Source: an uncultured Candidatus Saccharibacteria bacterium (GTDB taxonomy: Bacteria; Patescibacteriota; Dojkabacteria; SC72). From it: DNA of 64,000 nt. Positions 9,044 through 19,551 of this stretch are shown in pieces. The notes under the pieces were generated by a model. The model was given only the letters and a program-made list of their open reading frames with translations. It was not told the DNA's origin and ran no database searches. Location of the stretch: positions 46,468 to 110,467 of the forward strand of contig CAZSUV010000002.1 in assembly GCA_964610125.1 (NCBI GenBank). The letters are read 5' to 3'. The position numbers were made by a program, and so were the translations under genes. Numbering within the stretch: position 1 is the stretch's first letter; each line of letters begins with the position of its first letter.

Positions 9044-11437
9044 ATGGAAAATAAAATATTACCAGTATCCATAGTTATACCGGCAAAGAATGAAGAGAAA
9101 AATATTACCGCTTTAATGGAAAGCATTGTGAAGCAGAAATACCAACCAACCGAGGTTATTGTTGCAGACGCAGGATCTCAAGATCGAACGGTAGAAATTT
9201 CTGAAAAATATGGTGCGAAAGTTGTACCAGGAGGACCAATTTCAGTCGGAAGGAACAATGGATTTAATGCTTCTACGCAGAATATAATTGTATTCTTTGA
9301 TGCAGATGTACAGCTATTGGGTGAAACAGATTTAAAGGAGATAGTAGATATTTTTGTTGAAAAACAATTAGATTGTGCGACCTGCCATTTTGCATACACT
9401 GGAGACAAATCATTTGCGAAATATATGACAACAAAGTTCATTAATGTAGCTAAAGATATTAGTGCATTAACTCCTTTGCCGGGATTGAAATGGGATTGGG
9501 GGACAGTAATGCTCGTAAGGAGAGAAGTATTTGAAGACATAGGAGGATTCGTAACGGAGTTCAAATATATGGAAGATACATTGATGATCCAGAAGGTTGT
9601 AAGTAGTGGTTACAAATACAAAATAATTAACAAGGATGTTGGAGTTGTAGTAAATGGAAGACCTGCGAGAACAGGAAAATTACTTTCTAGAATTAAGGAA
9701 ACATTTGCTGCAATATTGGGCATAATATCGGTAAATTTAGCAAGATTCCCGCTTACTCGAAACCTTGGATACAAATTAAACAAGGTTAGTACCCAATTGT
9801 ATGGAACAATGGGTGGGATAGTGAAGTATGAGAATCCCTTTAAACCACAGGATAGGGAAGGGGGATTTCCTAAGAATACCCCAATATTTCTAAGAAGAAT
9901 ATATGAAATCATTCCAGGTTTTTTCACTTGGCTATTCATCCTTTCCCCGGTCATATTTGCATTACTAAGATGGAATCAGGTCTTCGCAATATATGTTGCT
10001 TTCTTGGTAGCATATTGGTCTTTGAGATCCATAAAATTCATTACAGGAATAGCAATAGGAATGAAGAGAGTAAAACGAGATACCTCTACGGATTGGGTAG
10101 AGAAGATAGAGCAGGAATGTAATGGTGAGGAAAAAGATATTAGATTCATATACCTATGTCCTGTATATTCCGAAAGTTTAGAAGTGTTAGAACCAACATT
10201 TGAGGCATGGGCTAACAGTGATATTGGTGCAGAGAAGATAGATGTAGTAGTAGCTATGGAGGAGAAGAATAAGGATATGCAGATTGAGAACTTTAACCAC
10301 CTTGAGAAAGAATATGGAAAAAGATTTGGAAGCATGAGGTACTACATTCATCCGGCTGGGATAGAGGGAGAAGTTGCAGGTGTAAAAGGTGCAAATATTA
10401 ACTGGGCTGGAAGACATCTAGTTATGGATTTAGAAAAAGAAGGCAAGGATATTTCAAAATATTTATTAATATCCTGTGACTCAGACCTAAGACCTCATCC
10501 TAAATATCTCTCAGCTGTATTGTACAAATACCTAACAGTAGAGGATAGGGATAACCGATACTATGCAAGTGCATTGCATACATTTAACAATAACATATGG
10601 CATGTCCCATCATTAATACGTGCCCAATCAAATATGTTGACTCTGGTATTACTCCAAAACTGGGTAGTAGATAAATTGAAGAGAATTCCTTTTGTAGGTG
10701 AAAGTATATATGTGCGAGATACTTTCTCCTCATATATCGTTAACCTTGGAACATTGAAAAAACTCGAATTTTGGAATCCAGAGATTGCAAATGATGATAC
10801 CGCCTTCTACTGGAATGCAATGATTAGAACTAATGGTACATTTAAGAGCCAAGAAGTATATATTCCTACATACAATGATGCAGTAGAAAATCAAACATAT
10901 GTTAAATCTCATGTGTCATATTACAAACAACAGCACAGATGGGGATGGGGTGTGGTAAATGTACCAATAACCATGGCAGCTCTTTTTCAGAAGAACAAAG
11001 AATTCCCAATTTACAGAAAGCTTTTCATGTTAAGGAATATTTTTGAATACCAGATATGGTATTTAACTGTAGTATTCATCCTTACTTTTGGTCTTACCAT
11101 AATGGGTTGGTTAAGTCCAAGCTACCAATACACAGTGCTGGCATACAATCTCCAAAGAGCACTTAGCTACATCTTTACTGCAATCACTCTAACCAATATC
11201 CCAATCGTCATATTTAGAAGAATGATAACTCCGGTACCTAAGAGTTGGAAATGGTGGAGACATGTATTGGATTTCGCAGAAACATTCTTGGTTACTGTAA
11301 ATATGCTTACCTTTGGATTCATACCTTACGTTCAAGCACAAACCGAGATGATGCTAGGACAATCTGCTTTCAAACGAAATTTCTATGTCACTGAAAAAGT
11401 TAAGATGAATAAACGAAAAAATCTCAGTTCAGTGTAA
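9044..11437 (+). CDS. Fused double GT2 glycosyltransferase (soluble GT2 plus membrane-embedded GT2)
   Basis: N-terminal SIVIPAKNEE/DAGSQD/FFDAD/ED; second domain KGAN, DSD, NDD, QQHRWGWG (QxxRW) with flanking TMs. Confidence 0.85.
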   Translation: MENKILPVSIVIPAKNEEKNITALMESIVKQKYQPTEVIVADAGSQDRTVEISEKYGAKVVPGGPISVGRNNGFNASTQNIIVFFDADVQLLGETDLKEIVDIFVEKQLDCATCHFAYTGDKSFAKYMTTKFINVAKDISALTPLPGLKWDWGTVMLVRREVFEDIGGFVTEFKYMEDTLMIQKVVSSGYKYKIINKDVGVVVNGRPARTGKLLSRIKETFAAILGIISVNLARFPLTRNLGYKLNKVSTQLYGTMGGIVKYENPFKPQDREGGFPKNTPIFLRRIYEIIPGFFTWLFILSPVIFALLRWNQVFAIYVAFLVAYWSLRSIKFITGIAIGMKRVKRDTSTDWVEKIEQECNGEEKDIRFIYLCPVYSESLEVLEPTFEAWANSDIGAEKIDVVVAMEEKNKDMQIENFNHLEKEYGKRFGSMRYYIHPAGIEGEVAGVKGANINWAGRHLVMDLEKEGKDISKYLLISCDSDLRPHPKYLSAVLYKYLTVEDRDNRYYASALHTFNNNIWHVPSLIRAQSNMLTLVLLQNWVVDKLKRIPFVGESIYVRDTFSSYIVNLGTLKKLEFWNPEIANDDTAFYWNAMIRTNGTFKSQEVYIPTYNDAVENQTYVKSHVSYYKQQHRWGWGVVNVPITMAALFQKNKEFPIYRKLFMLRNIFEYQIWYLTVVFILTFGLTIMGWLSPSYQYTVLAYNLQRALSYIFTAITLTNIPIVIFRRMITPVPKSWKWWRHVLDFAETFLVTVNMLTFGFIPYVQAQTEMMLGQSAFKRNFYVTEKVKMNKRKNLSSV

Positions 11438-11489
11438 TTTCATTTTAGTGCTGTAATGTTTAAATACTAAATTATTAGTTTTAAACATT

Positions 11490-12689
11490 ATGCTTCGAAA
11501 AATACTTAAAATGATTCTCTACTTCTTCATCATATTCGCTACCCCAGTATATGCGGATAATTTTGATGGAAATGGAGATACCTCCAGTAATCAATATTTC
11601 CAGACCATAGCTTTTGGAGCGAATGGATATCCGGAGATCGAGGATATCCGGTACAACAAAGCGGATTTTCTAGCTGAAAACACCGAATCCATACTCAATT
11701 CCAATCTAGAAGCCTTTACCGATTTTGACAATACAAGACGTATTCCAATGGTAGCAGACCATATTGATGCGCCACCAGGCACACAGGTAGACGTGGTCTA
11801 CCTGTACAGGAATAGTACAGGGCATAGTGTGGATATCTCAAAAATAGATTGGGTTTTGAGTAGAAATATTAAAGAGAATGGAAATCTAACTCAGATTTTG
11901 GATATTCCAGAATTTGTAAATGGTAATCTCGGATTTAAATATTCTGCTCAGAACCTAATTAAATCTGGAATATACAAGGAATATATTGGACTTGGGAATA
12001 TTTTGAGTGGAGGAAGTGGAGCATATTCATTGGATAGCGTAAGTATTAAAAATCCTTTGAGTATTGATGATATACAAGCTAATTCCAATGAAAGTGGGGG
12101 TGTGGATTTTAAAATATATATCCAAAATACCAGCAATGAATATTTAAACAATTTGAAATTTACATATGGGTCATTTGAAGAGACTTTTAATTTAGCGGAA
12201 GAACAAGAATATGTAATAGAGTTCTCGAAAGAGAACACACCTGAAGAATTAGGAAGATTTGAGATATACAATCCAAATATCAAGCAAGTATGTGCGATAT
12301 ATGGTTCGCCTTATTACACATATACCCAAATAGATGCTATTCCGGTATATGCATATAGGGAGGATGGAGGAATTATCCCAGGAGCTTCTGTACAACCAGT
12401 GGGAGAGAGTTTCTGCATTAAACGAATACCATATACCATGATTTCTGAACCAATGGCTTTATCAGAAACAAAGAATGTTGGGAATGCCGAGGTAAGCGTT
12501 ACAAAAGAAGAGGAGGTTGGAGATATCTTAGGAATTTCAGACATGGGATTACCAAAAACCGGTAGGGGATCATGGGGTTTGGTAGCCTTACTTGTTGTAG
12601 ATGTGCTTCTTTGGTATTCTTGGTATATATTAAGGAGGAAATATGAAGGTAAAAATACAAATTCCAGAGTACGTACAAAAAGTAAGTAG
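11490..12689 (+). CDS. Secreted surface protein with LPxTG sorting signal
   Basis: Signal peptide (VYA), C-terminal LPKTG, hydrophobic segment, basic tail. Confidence 0.75.
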   Translation: MLRKILKMILYFFIIFATPVYADNFDGNGDTSSNQYFQTIAFGANGYPEIEDIRYNKADFLAENTESILNSNLEAFTDFDNTRRIPMVADHIDAPPGTQVDVVYLYRNSTGHSVDISKIDWVLSRNIKENGNLTQILDIPEFVNGNLGFKYSAQNLIKSGIYKEYIGLGNILSGGSGAYSLDSVSIKNPLSIDDIQANSNESGGVDFKIYIQNTSNEYLNNLKFTYGSFEETFNLAEEQEYVIEFSKENTPEELGRFEIYNPNIKQVCAIYGSPYYTYTQIDAIPVYAYREDGGIIPGASVQPVGESFCIKRIPYTMISEPMALSETKNVGNAEVSVTKEEEVGDILGISDMGLPKTGRGSWGLVALLVVDVLLWYSWYILRRKYEGKNTNSRVRTKSK

Positions 12690-14067
12690 GATGCTCAGTA
12701 AAGAGGGCTTTGAATGCTACCTTGTTGGCGGCGCTGTACGTGATGTCGTAATGGGATTAGACCCTCATGACTACGATCTTGCTACAGATGCACTTCCAGA
12801 TGAAATGCTAAATATATTTCCAAAGTCAGTATCTGTTGGTGCTAAATTTGGTACTGTAATGGCATTGGTGCAAGACAGTCACGGAGAAACAATGGAAGTA
12901 GAAGTTACAACATTTAGGAGTGAATCCGACTACATTGATGGACGATGGCCTACCAATATCGAATTTGTAAAAGAGATAGACAAAGATTTGGGGAGAAGAG
13001 ATTTCACCATTAATGCAATGGCCATAGACTTGGGCAATCTTGATTTAGAAGGTAGTAGTGAGGCAATCGAAGTTGAAGTATATGATCCATATGATGGGAT
13101 AAAGGATATTGAATTAAAGAAAATACGAGCAGTTGGGACTCCATTAGAAAGATTTAAAGAGGATGGACTTCGTGCATTTAAAGCATGTAGGTTAGCTTCG
13201 CAGATTGGTTTTGAGATTGATGAGGAAACATTTAAAGCCATAGTGGAGTGTGTACCAGTGGCAGCGCAAGTATCCATGGAGCGTATCCGTGATGAATTCA
13301 TGAAGACCCTTTTAAAGTCTTCTAAGCCATCTGTGGGGATTGATCTCATGCGACAGGCCGGATTACTTCAACTGTTCATGCCCGAGCTTCTAGAAGGATT
13401 GGGTGTAGAACAAAAAATGTTCCATAGCGATGATGTATATTGGCATAGCCTTAGAACATGCGACTCTGCACATGACAGTGTAAAACTAGCTGCTTTACTT
13501 CACGATATCGCCAAGCCACGAACAGATATGGGTAATGGCCATTTCTATGGGCATGATGCAATGGGAGCTCAGATGGCAGAAGATATATTAAGAAGAATGA
13601 AATTCCCGCAGGCGGAGGTAAAGCGTGTGGTATTGTTAATCAAAAATCATATGTTCTACTATCCCCACATGCAAGATGATATGACGGAAGAAGAGAAGAA
13701 CAATATTGAATTACATCAATGGTCTGATTCTGCAGTTAGGAGATTCATACAAAGGGTAGGTATCGACAATATTGATGACCTTTTTAAATTGCGATTGGCA
13801 GATGCTCAATCTAATCCAATGACCGCTTTTAAACCAGAGGAGATAACCTTGCTACAACAAAGAATATCTGCCGTACTGCAACAAGATATGGCCTTTAAGG
13901 TTACAGATTTAAAAATTAATGGGGAAGATTTAGTAAGTATTGGTATTGAAAGAGGTCCTCAATTGGGAAAGATATTAAAAGAACTTTTAGATATGGTACT
14001 TGAAGATCCAATGCTTAATACCAAAGAAAAATTGTTAGAAAATGCTAAGAAATTAGCAAATATTTAA
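12643..14067 (+). CDS. cca: CCA-adding tRNA nucleotidyltransferase with HD domain
   Basis: YLVGGAVRD, DYDLAT, RRDFTINA, EDGLR, ERIRDE, LLHDIAK. Confidence 0.92.
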   Translation: MKVKIQIPEYVQKVSRMLSKEGFECYLVGGAVRDVVMGLDPHDYDLATDALPDEMLNIFPKSVSVGAKFGTVMALVQDSHGETMEVEVTTFRSESDYIDGRWPTNIEFVKEIDKDLGRRDFTINAMAIDLGNLDLEGSSEAIEVEVYDPYDGIKDIELKKIRAVGTPLERFKEDGLRAFKACRLASQIGFEIDEETFKAIVECVPVAAQVSMERIRDEFMKTLLKSSKPSVGIDLMRQAGLLQLFMPELLEGLGVEQKMFHSDDVYWHSLRTCDSAHDSVKLAALLHDIAKPRTDMGNGHFYGHDAMGAQMAEDILRRMKFPQAEVKRVVLLIKNHMFYYPHMQDDMTEEEKNNIELHQWSDSAVRRFIQRVGIDNIDDLFKLRLADAQSNPMTAFKPEEITLLQQRISAVLQQDMAFKVTDLKINGEDLVSIGIERGPQLGKILKELLDMVLEDPMLNTKEKLLENAKKLANI

Positions 14068-14087
14068 ATTAATTTCTCTAAATATAT

Positions 14088-14351
14088 ATGAGAAGGATTG
14101 AGAAAAAGACAGTACCAGATCTTTTTGAAAAAGTACTTAATGGAGAGAAGAATTTTGATTTAAGAATAGCTGAGTTTGAATGTGAAGTAGGGGATGTATT
14201 GGTATTAAGAGAATGGAATCCTGAAATGAAGGAATATACAGGAAGACAAATTGAGAAAACTGTTACCTTTGTTATGAAGACTAAAGATCTTAAATTCTGG
14301 AGTCAAGAAGATATTGAAGAATTAGGATTCCTAGTAATGTCATTTAAGTAG
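14088..14351 (+). CDS. DUF3850 / ASCH-like domain protein
   Basis: FEKVLNGEKNFDLR, GDVLVLREW, YTGR. Confidence 0.85.
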   Translation: MRRIEKKTVPDLFEKVLNGEKNFDLRIAEFECEVGDVLVLREWNPEMKEYTGRQIEKTVTFVMKTKDLKFWSQEDIEELGFLVMSFK

Positions 14352-14412
14352 GGTTGGAATTAACTCCTTTTTCCTCTATCATATACATAGCTTAATTAAC
14401 TAGTACTGCCTA

Positions 14413-15840
14413 ATGAAGTTAAAATTCTGTGGAGCTGCTAAAAATGTTACTGGGTCATGCTACTATGTAGATACTGGAGAACTCAAATTCATTGTAGATT
14501 GTGGTGCATTTCAAGGCTCTGATGAACAAGAAGCATTAAACTATGAACCATTCCCATTTAATCCTGCGGATTTAGATTTTGTATTTCTTACTCACGCACA
14601 TTTTGATCACTGTGGAAGATTACCAGTATTAGTCAAACAAGGATTCCATGGAAGAATAGTTTGTACTCAACCGACTAGAGATTTAGCTAAGGTTGTACTC
14701 TTAGATGCAGCAAATATCCAAGAGGAGGACTACGAAAGATGGATAACCAGGGCAAGAGAAGATGGAATGTCTGCGGTTGCTGCGGAAGAAGGATCTATTG
14801 AAGCTAACAAAAAACCATTGTTTACTGTTGCAGATGTAGAAGCAATGAGTATGCTTTTTGAAGTATATCCTTACAGTACATCAGTCAATATTAACAATCA
14901 TTTTGAATTCAGACTTAGAGATGCAGGACATATCATTGGATCTGCAAGTATAGAGTTCTGGGTAAAAAATGAAGCTGAAAGAGTAAGGAAAATCGTGTTC
15001 TCAGGAGACTTAGGTCAACCTGGTGCACGTATTGTTAGAGACCCAGACTTAATCCGAGAAGCAGACTTTGTAATCTGTGAGTCAACATATGGAAATAGAA
15101 TACACAGAGATCGAAACGAAACGCTTTTAGAACTACTTTCCATATTACAAGAAGCACAAAAAAGTGAAGGCAATGTTCTCATCCCAGCCTTTGCAATTGA
15201 AAGAGCCCAAGAGATATTGTATGAAATTAATCTTTTTGTAGAGCAGAGATTACTCTCTGGACTTCCAATATATTTAGACAGTCCAATGGCTTCTAAAGCT
15301 ACTGCGATATTCAAACAATATCCAGACTTCTATGACGAAGATGCTAAGCGATTACTAAACAAAGGAGATGATCCATTTGAGTTCTCAGGACTACATATTG
15401 TAGAGGATGCTGAAGAATCAAAACGGTTAATATCTAAACGAGGAATAGTCATAATGGCAGGTAGTGGAATGTGTACAGGAGGAAGAATCATGCATCATCT
15501 AAAAAATAACATTGAGAGTAGCAAAACACATATTGTATTTGTTGGATATCAAGTCAAAGGAACATTGGGCAGAAGAATAGTTGATGGTGAAAAGGTAGTA
15601 AGAATCTTCGGAAGGGAGTATGAAAACAATGCACATGTACATACCTTGGGAGGATTCTCTGCCCATGGCGATGAACGAGATTTGTTGTACTGGTTAGGAA
15701 GTTTTGGACATACACCTAAGCAAATATTCATAACCCACGGAGATGAACAAGTAGCGGAAGAATTCGCAGACAAGATATACAAGGATACACAGATTGAAAC
15801 TATAGTACCTAATGTTAATGAAGAATTTGAATTAAAGTAG
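14413..15840 (+). CDS. MBL-fold beta-CASP ribonuclease
   Basis: THAHFDHCG, AGHIIGS, SGDLG, ESTYG, GFSAH, THG. Confidence 0.93.
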   Translation: MKLKFCGAAKNVTGSCYYVDTGELKFIVDCGAFQGSDEQEALNYEPFPFNPADLDFVFLTHAHFDHCGRLPVLVKQGFHGRIVCTQPTRDLAKVVLLDAANIQEEDYERWITRAREDGMSAVAAEEGSIEANKKPLFTVADVEAMSMLFEVYPYSTSVNINNHFEFRLRDAGHIIGSASIEFWVKNEAERVRKIVFSGDLGQPGARIVRDPDLIREADFVICESTYGNRIHRDRNETLLELLSILQEAQKSEGNVLIPAFAIERAQEILYEINLFVEQRLLSGLPIYLDSPMASKATAIFKQYPDFYDEDAKRLLNKGDDPFEFSGLHIVEDAEESKRLISKRGIVIMAGSGMCTGGRIMHHLKNNIESSKTHIVFVGYQVKGTLGRRIVDGEKVVRIFGREYENNAHVHTLGGFSAHGDERDLLYWLGSFGHTPKQIFITHGDEQVAEEFADKIYKDTQIETIVPNVNEEFELK

Positions 15841-15841
15841 T

Positions 15842-16789
15842 ATGGAAGTATACACAGAGATAGACAAAATATATGGGGATATACAAAAGTTGAACATCCA
15901 AGGCGCGACTAATGTTGCCATTGCAGTGTTTGAAGGCATGAAATTGTATCTCTCTTTAACCAAAGAAACAGACAAACAAAAGATACATGATGAATTCTTT
16001 GAGGTAGGGGACAAGCTTTCAAAAGCTCGACCTAATGAACCATTGGCAAAGAATGGTGTAAAATTCATCAAACATTTCTTCGATCAGGAGTTTGCTGTTT
16101 TACCAGAGGTGTCCACTATGAAACCAAGGCTTGATGAGCTATGTGCTCAATACCTTGATATGATTTCCGAAACCAAGAAAAACATTGTGGATAAGTCGAA
16201 GGAATATCTTAAAAACTATGATAATATTTTTACACATTGTCACTCTTCAACGGTAGAAACATTGATCAAAGAATTATCACACAAGGATAAGGAGTTTGAG
16301 GTGGTGTGCACAGAAACTAGACCAAGAATGCAGGGAAGGATTACAGCAAAGAATTTGGTAAATGCAGGAATTAAAACAACAATGATTACAGATAGCGCAG
16401 CAGATTCATTTATAATTGGTAGAGGAAATGTCCTTGTAGACACAATATTCATAGGGTGTGATCAGATTGTTAAAGGTGGCCATGTCATAAACAAGATAGG
16501 GAGTTGGAGTATAGCCATGAGTGCTCACTATGCAGACAAACCTGTATATGTGATTACACCGTTACTCAAAATTGATGAGAGTTCATACATTGGAAATGTT
16601 GAAATTGAAGTGCGAGAAGACTCTGAAATATGGCCTGATGCTCCTAAAGGATTGGAGATATATAATCCAGCATTTGAGATTGTGGATAATGTCCTAATTA
16701 CTGGTTTTGTGACAGAATTTGGTATAGTTAAACCTGCTGAAGTGGACACAGTAGTCAAGGAGAAATATCCTTGGATATTTGATAGATAA
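15842..16789 (+). CDS. Ribose-1,5-bisphosphate isomerase (eIF-2B family)
   Basis: IQGA, RPNEP, THCHSSTV, ETRP, NKIG, NPAF; adjacent to AMP phosphorylase. Confidence 0.85.
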   Translation: MEVYTEIDKIYGDIQKLNIQGATNVAIAVFEGMKLYLSLTKETDKQKIHDEFFEVGDKLSKARPNEPLAKNGVKFIKHFFDQEFAVLPEVSTMKPRLDELCAQYLDMISETKKNIVDKSKEYLKNYDNIFTHCHSSTVETLIKELSHKDKEFEVVCTETRPRMQGRITAKNLVNAGIKTTMITDSAADSFIIGRGNVLVDTIFIGCDQIVKGGHVINKIGSWSIAMSAHYADKPVYVITPLLKIDESSYIGNVEIEVREDSEIWPDAPKGLEIYNPAFEIVDNVLITGFVTEFGIVKPAEVDTVVKEKYPWIFDR

Positions 16790-16806
16790 TTTTTTACTAA
16801 CTAGAC

Positions 16807-18318
16807 ATGTCATTTTACCTGAGAAGCAAAATATTAGATTTAGGCGAGGATAATAGCTTTAATGTTGTTTTACATAGAAAAGATGCTGAGAAAATTGGAG
16901 TGAAAGAAGGAGAATTGGTATACATCGGAATCGGTGATTCTGAACTCTATGCTAATGTCATGGAGACGGAGGAAAGAGTACATCAAGGGGAAATTGGACT
17001 GTTTGAAGAGATATGGAAAGAGTATTTGATTGTGGAAGGAAGTACAGTTTTTGTGGATATTCCAGAGCGTAGTAAAGCACTTGAAGCTATCAGCCGAAAG
17101 TTGCTTGGCCATGATCTAACAAAGGAAGATTTGGAATTAATTATGAAAGAAATTGCATCTCGTAGGTTGAGAGAAACAGAGATTGCATTTTTCATTTCAA
17201 CCTTCTTTAATCCAGGTTTCAATGACGAGGAGATATATTGGATGACACAGGGTATGGCACAGTCTGGAGACTCACTTTCGTTTAAAAAATTCAAAGGTAA
17301 AGGTAGCGTTATAGCTGACAAACACTCCATTGGTGGTGTTGCAGGAAAGGGTGTTACTCCTGTACTTGTCCCAATACTTGTAGCTGGTGGTCTGGTCGTC
17401 CCTAATACCTCTTCTAGAGCAATTACTTCTCCATCTGGTACATCAGACATCTTGGAGGTTGTTATGCCTGTATCGCTCACTGAGGAGGAGATAATGAAGG
17501 TTGTGGAGAAGACAGGTGGTTGTTTGTTCTGGGGTGGTTCTTTGAGTATATCCCCTGCAGATGATGTAATTATTAATGTTGAAAGATCTCTTCGTATTCA
17601 AGAATATCAGAAGGTACTTGTGAGTATTGTGGCTAAGAAGGTAGCACTTGGTATTGAGAATATTTTAATCGATCTTCCATATGGTAAGGGTAGTAAGGTT
17701 GAGGTTACCGAAGATGTATTCAAATTAGCTAAAGAATTTAAGAAACTGTTTAAAAAGTTTGGTATTGAGTGTGAAACGACAACACGTAAGGTTAATGGGC
17801 CTGATGGTAGGGGAATTGGTCCCAACCTTGAGATTAAAGAATCATTGAAAATTTTAGAAAGGGATAGTTGTGCATCTTTGGAAATGGAGAGGGTGGTTAT
17901 AGATATGGCAGGAATCCTCTTTGAAGCTACGGGTATCTCTACTGAAGGGGAGGGTAAGGTTCTTGCTCAAACACTTTTGGATTCAAAGAAGGCATATGAG
18001 AAATTCTGGGAGATTGGTTTTGCACAGGGTGCAAAGAAGATAACTAAATCTAGCGAGATTAAGGCAGGGAACTTAAGTGCTGAGGTTGTGTCTACTAAGG
18101 AGGGTACGGTTAAGATGATTAGTAGTATTGAGATTGTAAATATTGCTAGAGCTTTGGGTTGTCCTCGTATTAAGGAGGCTGGACTATATATTCACAAGAT
18201 GCCGGGTGAGTCTGTGTCTAAGGGGGATGTTTTGTTTACTATGTATGCTACTGCGGATGATAGGCTAGAGAATGGAAAAAGCGCGGTAGATCTTGAAAAG
18301 ATGTACGAGATAGTTTAG
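16807..18318 (+). CDS. deoA: AMP phosphorylase (archaeal-type thymidine phosphorylase family)
   Basis: Extra N-terminal domain, DKHSIGGVAG, SSRAITSPSGTSD, PADD, GRGIGP. Confidence 0.9.
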   Translation: MSFYLRSKILDLGEDNSFNVVLHRKDAEKIGVKEGELVYIGIGDSELYANVMETEERVHQGEIGLFEEIWKEYLIVEGSTVFVDIPERSKALEAISRKLLGHDLTKEDLELIMKEIASRRLRETEIAFFISTFFNPGFNDEEIYWMTQGMAQSGDSLSFKKFKGKGSVIADKHSIGGVAGKGVTPVLVPILVAGGLVVPNTSSRAITSPSGTSDILEVVMPVSLTEEEIMKVVEKTGGCLFWGGSLSISPADDVIINVERSLRIQEYQKVLVSIVAKKVALGIENILIDLPYGKGSKVEVTEDVFKLAKEFKKLFKKFGIECETTTRKVNGPDGRGIGPNLEIKESLKILERDSCASLEMERVVIDMAGILFEATGISTEGEGKVLAQTLLDSKKAYEKFWEIGFAQGAKKITKSSEIKAGNLSAEVVSTKEGTVKMISSIEIVNIARALGCPRIKEAGLYIHKMPGESVSKGDVLFTMYATADDRLENGKSAVDLEKMYEIV

Positions 18319-18336
18319 ACGACAGAACCTATAGTA

Positions 18337-18524
18337 TTGAGATTTTCCTTTGAAAAAGGTATAATAGAGTAGTTAATAATATACTGCTCTTTAAAAATAT
18401 CATTGATAAATACAAGGAGATTTTCTTTTGATGATTTTATTCATCACTTGATGTTAGTCATCTCTTTGTTGTGGTTTATCATACTCATATTCAAATTAGA
18501 ATAAAAATTTCTCTTAAAGGAGGG
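18337..18524 (+). promoter_or_regulatory. Cassette C1 leader: promoter, boxA, long hairpin, SD
   Basis: TTGAGA-17-TATAAT (18337-18365); TGCTCTTTAAAAAT 18385-18398; AAGGAGGG 18517-18524. Confidence 0.75.
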
Positions 18525-18532
18525 AAATTGAA

Positions 18533-18892
18533 ATGAAAATAACTTGGAAAATATTTGTTGGTTTGTTGGGTTCAATTGGCATGTTTATTATCACACGAAA
18601 TGTGCTAATTTGGGAAAGTCAAATGCCCTTATCGGCATATTGGATAGCAATGATATTGACATTATTCCTTATTTTCTTGGGAATTTTCTCAATGTCCCCA
18701 AAATGGATTGTAATTTTGTATTTTGTAGTACAAGTTTTATTCATCACAATAGGGATAGCTCAATATAGAAGCAATGTTTACGAGAGTATGTTTTTAGGAG
18801 CTTTAATCTCTATGATGTTTTGTCTCATACCCTTTGTTGTATGGTTTGATGTTAACATATTCACTCCAACTTTGAGACAAATTTTTAAATAA
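18533..18892 (+). CDS. Membrane ORFan (4 TM), cassette C1
   Basis: 119 aa, highly hydrophobic, strong SD. Confidence 0.8.
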   Translation: MKITWKIFVGLLGSIGMFIITRNVLIWESQMPLSAYWIAMILTLFLIFLGIFSMSPKWIVILYFVVQVLFITIGIAQYRSNVYESMFLGALISMMFCLIPFVVWFDVNIFTPTLRQIFK

Positions 18893-18968
18893 GATAACCA
18901 CTAACATGCACCATTGGGTGTTCTATTTTTTTTTACAGGACACCCATGGTTATCTTTTTGTATTTATC

Positions 18969-19153
18969 TATGATATTGATCTTTAAAAATATATTTCTTA
19001 AATGCAGAGGGAATTGTATTAAATACTTTGTTATTTAATACTAATATTTCTTTCATATATTCTTACCCAGTGGGGTGCGATTTAAATGATGTTAATTTAA
19101 ATATATTAACGTTATATATATCGCACACCGAGGGTGTTCGAATAGAAGGAGGA
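18969..19153 (+). promoter_or_regulatory. Cassette C2 leader: boxA-like motif, two hairpins, SD
   Basis: GATCTTTAAAAAT 18978-18990; GTATTAAATA/TATTTAATAC and GTGCGAT/ATCGCAC hairpins; AAGGAGG 19147-19153. Confidence 0.65.
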
Positions 19154-19158
19154 ATTTA

Positions 19159-19551
19159 ATGAAAAAGATTAACTTGAAAGTAGTTTTTAGCAAGGAAATG
19201 TTGGCACTTTTGATTTTCGTCACCTTGATGGCGATCCCTGTTCAAGGAGTTCCTGTGTTCCCATTGGTAATTATGTTGGTTATTGGACAACCAGTTGGTC
19301 ACTTTATGGCCCTGAGAAAGCTTGATGGTTCCAGTATTCTTTGGTTCATCCTTGGGTATGGTCCATTCATTTTATTTCTTGTGGCTACGGCTCCATTGGT
19401 AATAGCTCAACCGCCATTCACCAGTGTGATATTAAGACCTGCTCTAATTCAGATGTTGATAGCGTTTCTATTATCAGCATTCTTGATCGTCGGAATAATC
19501 ATCGCAATCTTGTGGAAATATTTTCCGCGAAAGAAGTTTGCTTTTGATTAG
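19159..19551 (+). CDS. Membrane ORFan (about 4 TM), cassette C2
   Basis: 130 aa hydrophobic, strong SD. Confidence 0.8.
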   Translation: MKKINLKVVFSKEMLALLIFVTLMAIPVQGVPVFPLVIMLVIGQPVGHFMALRKLDGSSILWFILGYGPFILFLVATAPLVIAQPPFTSVILRPALIQMLIAFLLSAFLIVGIIIAILWKYFPRKKFAFD

